Of a stretch of 8,879 bases of DNA, positions 1 to 5,025 are shown in pieces. The translations under genes were made by a program, and so were the position numbers. The notes below the pieces were generated by a model. That model was given only the letters and a program-made list of their open reading frames with translations. It was not told the DNA's origin and ran no database searches. The stretch comes from a metagenome, in sequence record Ga0255774_10005492; one strand, 5' to 3'. Numbering within the stretch: position 1 is the first letter of the stretch; every line of letters starts with the position of its first letter.

Positions 1-40
1 TCGTCGAACGACCCAGCGCTGAAGAGCGCTAGAATGAACA

Positions 41-76
41 TGGGAGAGGCCCCGCGTTCGATTCGCGGCATCCCCC
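41..76 (+). tRNA. tRNA-like 3' segment: possible anticodon-stem 3' strand, 5-nt variable loop, T-arm and acceptor 3' strand. The 5' part is not present in the window, so this is either an intron-containing tRNA truncated by the window edge or a tRNA-derived fragment.
   Basis: There is a perfect T-arm: CCGCG (52-56), TTCGATT (57-63), CGCGG (64-68). This matches the canonical GTTCGAnTC B-box/T-loop. It is preceded by AGGCC (47-51), a typical 5-nt variable loop, and GGGAG (42-46). It is followed by the 7 nt CATCCCC (69-75) plus C76. No complementary GGGGATG or CTCCC is present in 1-40, so isotype and anticodon cannot be assigned. Confidence 0.4.
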
Positions 77-166
77 TGGATTTTTTATAGGCCTATTTCT
101 CTTTAAGTATGTGTCAAATGTCCGACTTTTATGACAAATGTTTAGTTCCGGCATCCCCCTGGATTT
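66..166 (+). repeat. Perfect 18-nt direct repeat CGGCATCCCCCTGGATTT at 66-83 and 149-166. It duplicates the tRNA-like 3' end plus its trailer.
   Basis: Both copies were read directly from the sequence. Weaker similarity extends upstream (ATTCGCGGC vs GTTC-CGGC, TT...TTC of the T-loop). The second copy therefore looks like a decayed duplicate of the T-loop-to-trailer part. Confidence 0.9.
81..86 (+). terminator. T6 run, a candidate RNA polymerase III terminator for the tRNA-like gene
   Basis: TTTTTT begins 5 nt after the predicted acceptor end. Runs of four or more T are the Pol III termination signal (established knowledge). Confidence 0.35.
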
Positions 167-207
167 ACGGCGTAATAATTTATAATACGGTTCAACTGTC
201 CGAGTTC

Positions 208-240
208 TAATACTATCATATTTATATATAGATAGTATTA
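208..240. repeat. Perfect 10-bp inverted repeat TAATACTATC / GATAGTATTA separated by a 13-nt pure A/T spacer (ATATTTATATATA)
   Basis: 208-217 is the exact reverse complement of 231-240. It lies in the AT-rich island between the tRNA-like element and the first protein gene. Confidence 0.9.
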
Positions 241-453
241 AGTACTTGGGATTTAGAAAATAAAGTATGTACAACTTTGAATGCATCGTTTGTCCGAACT
301 AAATTTTTCCAGTCCTCCCGAGAACTACAAAAACGCGACGGTTCGTCGCACCGCCTCGCTCGCTCGTCACGCGAACACTGCTGGGGACGATCGATCGACA
401 TGAACGACGCGAACGACGAACGCGTAGGTGAGATCATACATCCGTCTCTGGTG

Positions 454-458
454 TTACA
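454..458 (-). promoter_or_regulatory. Candidate poly(A) signal TGTAA (minus strand) for the 544-1893 gene
   Basis: TTACA on the plus strand is TGTAA on the minus strand, about 86 nt downstream of the stop at 544-546. TGTAA is the main poly(A) signal in Chlamydomonas-type green algae (established). Its use here is inferred. Confidence 0.3.
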
Positions 459-543
459 AATACTTGTTTTAATCTCGCGACGGTGCGGTACCGCATCGAT
501 GCCTACGTATCGCTGCACGACGTCGGGGACGTTCGGAGCCGCT

Positions 544-1893
544 CTACGCCGACGGTTGCGCCGACGCGCCTTCGACGCCAGCCGGGCGAGCGGCGGAAGC
601 AGCCGCGCCGGCGGCGGAAGCAGCCGCTCGGCGCGCCGCCCGTGAAGTTGTCGATCCGTGTAGTAATCGAAGCTTAGCTCGAGCCTCCACGTAGGCTGGA
701 GACCGCCACGCGGAGACGCCTTGTCCGGGCGCGGGCGACAAAGATTCGGGCGACTTTGACGACGAACAAGTCTTCTTCGAGGCGCCGACCGAGTGAAATT
801 CAAACTCTTTCGGAACCGTGGGTTCGGGCGTCCACGACGCGCCGTCGAAACGGTTTAGAATTGCATTCTTTTCTTCTCGCAGGCGTCGCGCGCGCTCCTG
901 GCGGGCGAGGTAGGCGTCCAATCCAGAAATTTCCACCGACGGCGGAGTCGCCACCGAGTTCGGCTCGTCTTCGGCGACTCGAGTCGCCGCCGCCGTAACC
1001 TGCTGGGGGTGAAACGTGCAGTCGCGCACCTCATCCTCGAGCTTTGCCTCGCGCTCCGCCTCCAAAATGTGTTCCTTTCGGTCTGCCCAAATCTTTGAAC
1101 GCTCGACAAACGACGTAGGCATCGAAGCCTTCTTCAAGAGCGCCTCTGAGAGCGCCCTCGATCGTCTACCGATGCGTGGCGTAAACGTGCACTCCTTCGC
1201 ATCCTCGTCATCATCCTTCGTCTGCCGGTTTTCCTTCTTCTTCTTCTCGGCGACGACCCGTTTCGGCATCGATGGCGGCGTTTCGGCGGCGTTTTGTTTT
1301 TGCGCCTCGGCGCTTCTGGTGCCCAAATCGACTGGTTCCTTTGGCGTCGGCGTCAGCGTCGGCGTCTTCTTGGTAGCGGTGGCGCGCGCGCTCTCCCCCC
1401 GTCGACGCTGTTCCGCCGCCATGCGTCGACTCAACGCACCAATCTTCGGCGTGAATGTGCACTCCTCGTCTACGTATGCGCTCCTCCTCGGACTCCTCGA
1501 ACCAGCCCCGGCGTGCAACCGCTCCGTCGCCCGACGCAACGCCTCCCCGCTCAACACTAACGGCGTCGCCGCCGCTCTCGACGCCCCAGACGCGCGCGTC
1601 GTCTCCTCTACGAGTTTTTCCCTCGCCAACGATGCGCGCGTCGGTCGCGCCGCGCTCGTCGGGTGCCGCGTTGAAACCGAAACCGAGCTCGAACGCGCGA
1701 TGGAACTCCCCGAAGGCGTCGTCGGCGTTCGCTCACCACTCCCGACGACGTCGTCTACAGAGCTTTCCCTTTCGAGCCACAACGAGTGTTGCTCGAGTTT
1801 ATCCCGCCTGCGTCGGTCGAACGGTAGTGTCGCGTGCGTCAGTCGATCCGTGTTCGTGTTCGTTGGTTGAAATCCATTCATTCTTTCACTCAT
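544..1893 (-). CDS. Hypothetical low-complexity (S/T/R/A/E-rich) protein with three C-T-F-x-P motifs and a C-terminal T-V-P-K-E-F-E-F motif; function unknown
   Basis: This is the longest ORF in the region. The ORF-track start at 2085 is TTG. The first in-frame ATG is at 1893-1891 (MSERMNGF...). The repeated motifs are EECTFTPKIG, KECTFTPRIG and RDCTFHPQQ. The overlapping plus-strand ORFs are S/R/F-rich mirror artefacts. Confidence 0.55.
   Translation of the reverse strand: MSERMNGFQPTNTNTDRLTHATLPFDRRRRDKLEQHSLWLERESSVDDVVGSGERTPTTPSGSSIARSSSVSVSTRHPTSAARPTRASLAREKLVEETTRASGASRAAATPLVLSGEALRRATERLHAGAGSRSPRRSAYVDEECTFTPKIGALSRRMAAEQRRRGESARATATKKTPTLTPTPKEPVDLGTRSAEAQKQNAAETPPSMPKRVVAEKKKKENRQTKDDDEDAKECTFTPRIGRRSRALSEALLKKASMPTSFVERSKIWADRKEHILEAEREAKLEDEVRDCTFHPQQVTAAATRVAEDEPNSVATPPSVEISGLDAYLARQERARRLREEKNAILNRFDGASWTPEPTVPKEFEFHSVGASKKTCSSSKSPESLSPAPGQGVSAWRSPAYVEARAKLRLLHGSTTSRAARRAAASAAGAAASAARPAGVEGASAQPSA
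590..631. repeat. Two tandem copies of a 21-bp unit (GCGGCGGAAGCAGCCGC...), 19/21 identical
   Basis: 590-610 versus 611-631. It is in frame within the 3' end of the minus-strand ORF and gives AAASAAG/AAASAAR in the protein tail. Confidence 0.85.
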
Positions 1894-2145
<252 letters not shown>

Positions 2146-2808
2146 ATGCGCGGAGCGCGTCAGACGCCGACGCGCTCACCGACGCACGCCTCGCATCGGC
2201 ATCTCGTCGTTCTCACTGTCGGCTCTGACCGAAACGACCGAACCGAACCGCATCGGATCATGCCGTGCCCGAAAGGAACGCGAACAAAGGGATTGACGCG
2301 CAAGTACCACCACAACGCGCGCGTGGCGGCTGTGAAGAAACGCGCGCGCACCGAAGCGTTCGTCGCCAAGGAGGCGTACATCGCGTCGAAGATGGCAGAA
2401 CTTGAGGAGATGGAAAAGGCGACGGCGGTGAACGGGCAAACGTTGGACCGAAGGACGGAATTGGAGCGGGTGATGACGATTCGCGGGGAGTCGCCGGAAC
2501 CGGAACCGAGGATAAAGCCGCGCGCGACGTTGGATGTCGGGGCGTATAAAGCGGCGGCGCGGGCGCAAGGGGCTGGGATGGTAGCTGGGGAAGAGGGTGA
2601 ACACGTCGTGGCGTCGACGAGCGGTGGGGTTATTGGGAAGTTGACGTTCGATGGAGGAGAAGAGGAGGATGGACGACGAGGGAAAAAGCGCGCCGCCGGG
2701 AAAGACGCCCGAGGAGGAGAGGACGCGGTGGTGCGGATAGGAACCGCGGCGAGGAAGAAGAAGAAGAAGAATAAAAAGCTCAACGCGCGACGGGCGAGGC
2801 AGTGTTGA
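2146..2808 (+). CDS. Hypothetical small basic protein with a coiled-coil-like middle and a lysine-rich C-terminal tail (RKKKKKNKKLNARRARQC); nuclear or nucleolar-like; function unknown
   Basis: The ORF-track start at 2068 is TTG. The first ATG is at 2146. A second ATG at 2260 (MPCPKGTRTKG...) has a better -3 A context and may be the true start. The segment between them is simple repeat-like sequence (CGAAC units). The antisense ORF 2160-2783 is a poly-F/S/P mirror image. Confidence 0.5.
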   Translation: MRGARQTPTRSPTHASHRHLVVLTVGSDRNDRTEPHRIMPCPKGTRTKGLTRKYHHNARVAAVKKRARTEAFVAKEAYIASKMAELEEMEKATAVNGQTLDRRTELERVMTIRGESPEPEPRIKPRATLDVGAYKAAARAQGAGMVAGEEGEHVVASTSGGVIGKLTFDGGEEEDGRRGKKRAAGKDARGGEDAVVRIGTAARKKKKKNKKLNARRARQC

Positions 2809-2841
2809 GAGAGACGATGACGAAATGATTTGTAGTGCTAC

Positions 2842-2863
2842 CTAAAAACTAAAAACTAATAAA
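2842..2863 (+). repeat. CTAAAAA x2.4 tandem repeat ending in an AATAAA hexamer (2858-2863) within the 60-bp convergent 3' spacer
   Basis: Read directly. AATAAA sits 50 nt after the plus-gene stop (2806-2808) and 5 nt before the minus-gene stop codon (2869-2871). Confidence 0.6.
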
Positions 2864-2868
2864 ATTCT

Positions 2869-4077
2869 CTAAGCCTCCTCTTCTTCATCCTCATCATCAT
2901 CATCTTCATCATCATCAAGAACGACGTCCCTTTCGAGAGTCAAGACGCGGGATATTTGCTCCAAGTATGCGTAAAACTCGTCGTCCAATTCGGCGTCTGG
3001 CATCGCGGCGTACTTGTTGAGCGCGTCAAGCGCGTCCATCCAACGCTCCGTCTTAAAGTAAAGTAAACCCATGGTTCGCGCGAGCGGTGCCCTGAGCGAA
3101 TCGTACGGATTACACAGCGTCATGTACTCTGTGATTTGCAGCGCCGTGTCGTACTCTTCGAGACTAAAGTAAATCGACTTGAGATTACCGAGCATTCTCG
3201 TCAGAAATGCCTTTTTCCTCACCTCGGTTTGTTCAAAAAAGCTTCGCTCAATCTGCACCTTGGTGGTGCCCCCACCCAGGAATCCCGACGAATTTTTTGA
3301 CAATATGTCCTCTACCTCTTCGATGAACAAGACGTCGCCGCGATTAAAGGGATCGACGAGAATCGCGACGTCTTCCCCCGCCACGGGTCGACACAGCAGA
3401 TGGCCCGGAATCCCGACATCCACCCACCCTCGCACGCCGTCCACGCGCACGCGCTCCGCTATCTCCATGTAAATGAGACAAAGCGTGATAGGAATTCCAA
3501 CTTTTCGCCGCAGCACGACGTCCACGCACGAGTTATCGGGGTCGTAGTAATCGTCAGAGTTGCCACGAAACCCGAGCTCATCCGCAAAGCACCGAGAAAT
3601 CGTCTTGATTGTCCTCAGAGGGAACCGTTCGCCGTCCCCGAGCTCGCGCGAGACGCGCTCCTCGATCGCTCGTGCCATATCCTCAATCGTTTTCCGAACC
3701 TCTTCGACATTCAGGCTGGGGTTTTTATGCATGGCTACGTAGCACGCCGCGGCGAGCAAGTCTATCTCTTCTTCATCTTTTCGCATCTCCGCCTCAAAGA
3801 GCGTCAACCCGCGCCTCTGCGCCGCCAACGCGCGCAACGCATCGTCGACCGACGACGACGACGATTTCTTTTCGCCCGTCTCGTCCGACGAATCGGAATC
3901 GTCGCGCGGCGCCAGCCACTGCTCGGCGTCGTTTCGACCGAAGAAGGACCTCGCCCGAGCCCTCGACGCTCGAAGACGCCCTTCACGTCGACGCCGAAGC
4001 GCGCGCGCGTCGACGTACCTCGCCGAGGACGTCGACACGACACGCGACATCATCGTCGTCGTCGTCGTCGCACGCAT
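2869..4077 (-). CDS. Transglutaminase-like core plus TPR-like C-terminal domain protein (SirB1/YchA, UPF0162-type family). It has an S/T/R-rich N-terminal extension and an acidic tail.
   Basis: ATG at 4077-4075. Family-typical motifs are present: GFRGNSDDYYDPDNSCVDVVLRRKVGIPITL, then GIPGHLLCRP and LVDPFNRG. A helical-repeat region follows (LGNLKSIYFSLEEYDTALQITEYM...LLYFKTERWMDALDALNKY). The N-terminus is MRATTTTTMMSRVVSTSSAR and the C-terminus is DDDEDDDDEDEEEEA. Confidence 0.85.
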   Translation of the reverse strand: MRATTTTTMMSRVVSTSSARYVDARALRRRREGRLRASRARARSFFGRNDAEQWLAPRDDSDSSDETGEKKSSSSSVDDALRALAAQRRGLTLFEAEMRKDEEEIDLLAAACYVAMHKNPSLNVEEVRKTIEDMARAIEERVSRELGDGERFPLRTIKTISRCFADELGFRGNSDDYYDPDNSCVDVVLRRKVGIPITLCLIYMEIAERVRVDGVRGWVDVGIPGHLLCRPVAGEDVAILVDPFNRGDVLFIEEVEDILSKNSSGFLGGGTTKVQIERSFFEQTEVRKKAFLTRMLGNLKSIYFSLEEYDTALQITEYMTLCNPYDSLRAPLARTMGLLYFKTERWMDALDALNKYAAMPDAELDDEFYAYLEQISRVLTLERDVVLDDDEDDDDEDEEEEA

Positions 4078-4128
4078 GTTTCGTCGCCCGAAACCAGACC
4101 GCGTCGGCGTGTGAAGAACCCGCGCTTC

Positions 4129-4133
4129 TTACA
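4129..4133 (-). promoter_or_regulatory. Candidate poly(A) signal TGTAA (minus strand) for VPS20
   Basis: TTACA on the plus strand, 8 nt below the VPS20 stop codon (4142-4144). It lies inside the 64-bp spacer that precedes the next gene's ATG at 4077. Confidence 0.3.
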
Positions 4134-4141
4134 GCGGCTCT

Positions 4142-4810
4142 TTACGCCGGCTCTGCGACGACGACTTTCATTTTCTGCGCCTCCGCCCCCAAGTCGGCGT
4201 GCTCTTCTACTACTTCTTCCTCTAACGCAACGCTTAACCCCTTCGGTGCGTCCGGGAGCTCGACCACGGCAGACTCCTCTTCCGCGGCGACCAACGCGGC
4301 GTATTCCTGGTCGACGTCTTCATCCGTCACCGGCGACGCCTCGCCCAAAACCTCAAACCACCGCTTAATCCTCCCCGCATCCGCCGCCAACGCCTCGACG
4401 TCTCCACACGCGGTTTGAATTTCCTTCAACGCCGCGTTTCCACACCTCAACGCGTCGAGCGTCGACTTGGTCGCCTGCGCGGCGTCAATCTCTCGCAGAG
4501 ACGTCTCGCACGCCGACGCGAATCCCGCGAGCTTCGTTCTCAGCGCCTCTCGCGCGCGTTTTCCCGCGAGCGCGCGCTTGCACGACGTCACATCGCGCAT
4601 TTCGCGAGCGAGCGCCAAGTCGGCGACGTCGCGGGCGATTTCGACGTCGACGCGCGCGATGGTGGAGGTCATTCGCTCTCGAGTTTGTTTGAGCTCGAGC
4701 ACGGCTCGGTCGACGTCGTTGACGCGAAGCGACGGCGGTGCGCGATCGGCGGCCGAAGACGACGACGCGGACGAGGACGAGGCGAGACACGCGGTGAGGG
4801 CGGCGCCCAT
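4142..4810 (-). CDS. VPS20: ESCRT-III subunit, Snf7 family, VPS20/CHMP6 type
   Basis: The ORF-track start at 4876 is TTG. The first ATG at 4810 gives MGAALT..., which fits the N-myristoylation pattern (G2, T6) expected for Vps20/CHMP6. It is collinear with CHMP6 as I recall it: VNDVDRAVLELKQTRERM (cf. VTEQDKAILQLKQQRDKL), LRCGNAALKEIQ (cf. LQFGNECLNKMH), VTDEDVDQEYAAL, and a MIM2-like VELPDAPKG (cf. IELPEVPSEP). Confidence 0.85.
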   Translation of the reverse strand: MGAALTACLASSSSASSSSAADRAPPSLRVNDVDRAVLELKQTRERMTSTIARVDVEIARDVADLALAREMRDVTSCKRALAGKRAREALRTKLAGFASACETSLREIDAAQATKSTLDALRCGNAALKEIQTACGDVEALAADAGRIKRWFEVLGEASPVTDEDVDQEYAALVAAEEESAVVELPDAPKGLSVALEEEVVEEHADLGAEAQKMKVVVAEPA

Positions 4811-4975
4811 GTCGAGTCGAGTCGGGGTCTGAAGAGATTGATTCTGATTCTGAATCGATGGATGCTCTTTTTGCAACTGTCTCGCGAAAGTTGGAAAAAG
4901 TGACTCTTCTGTCGGAGAGTTGATGATTTCTTTCGCGACCCGGGATGTCGCGCGCGCGTCACCGGGCGGTTTAGA

Positions 4976-4980
4976 TTACA
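4976..4980 (-). promoter_or_regulatory. Candidate poly(A) signal TGTAA (minus strand) for the ATAD2-like gene
   Basis: TTACA on the plus strand within an AT-rich patch (GGTTTAGATTACATTATATTG), about 45 nt downstream of the TGA stop at 5028-5026. Confidence 0.3.
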
Positions 4981-5025
4981 TTATATTGCGTGATGAATAA
5001 TCGATGCGTGTTTACGCGCGCGGTA

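Noticed and set aside
14-29. Palindromic hairpin AGCGCT-GAAG-AGCGCT (containing CTGAAGA-like sequence) as the anticodon arm of a complete tRNA within the window
   Set aside because: The pairing register only allows even-sized loops (4, 6 or 8 nt), never the 7-nt anticodon loop. No D-arm or 5' acceptor strand complementary to CATCCCC is present in 1-40.
66-166. attL/attR of an integrated mobile element or virus at a tRNA gene
   Set aside because: Only 65 bp lie between the two 18-nt repeats. There is no integrase, transposase or viral gene anywhere in the window, and the repeat includes non-tRNA trailer sequence. At most it is a scar. It is kept as a low-key hypothesis in the findings.
41-290. 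Permuted tRNA gene, with the 3' half followed by the 5' half
   Set aside because: No GGGGATG or D-arm-like sequence occurs downstream of the 3' half, and a T6 terminator follows it directly. The idea cannot be excluded for sequence to the left of the window.
420-480. Possible intron signals (AG|GTGAGA at about 425-432 on the plus strand; GTATTTG...CAG on the minus strand)
   Set aside because: There is no coding context on either side. The candidate minus-strand intron would be only about 16 nt. All five gene models are continuous ORFs that need no splicing.
222-803. ORFs 222-803 (-), 277-645 (+) and 29-286 (-) spanning the AT-rich island and the region downstream of the first gene
   Set aside because: They have no recognisable motifs. 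They cross a sharp compositional boundary, the tRNA-like element and the repeats. They are best treated as 3' UTR and intergenic sequence. A frameshifted alternative C-terminus for the 544-1893 gene cannot be excluded, but nothing supports it.
2160-2783. Minus-strand ORF of 207 aa opposite the basic-protein gene
   Set aside because: It starts with a poly-Phe run, which is just the reverse complement of the lysine (AAG) run. The rest is S/P/A-rich low complexity. The plus-strand frame gives the more protein-like sequence. The strand choice is still not certain, and this is reflected in the 0.5 confidence.
3400-4418. Long plus-strand ORFs (3400-4368, 322 aa; 3609-4418, 269 aa) overlapping the transglutaminase-like and VPS20 genes
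   Set aside because: Their products are R/P/S/T-rich with no motifs. They lie antisense to two ORFs with clear family signatures. Long stop-free antisense frames are expected in GC-rich coding DNA.
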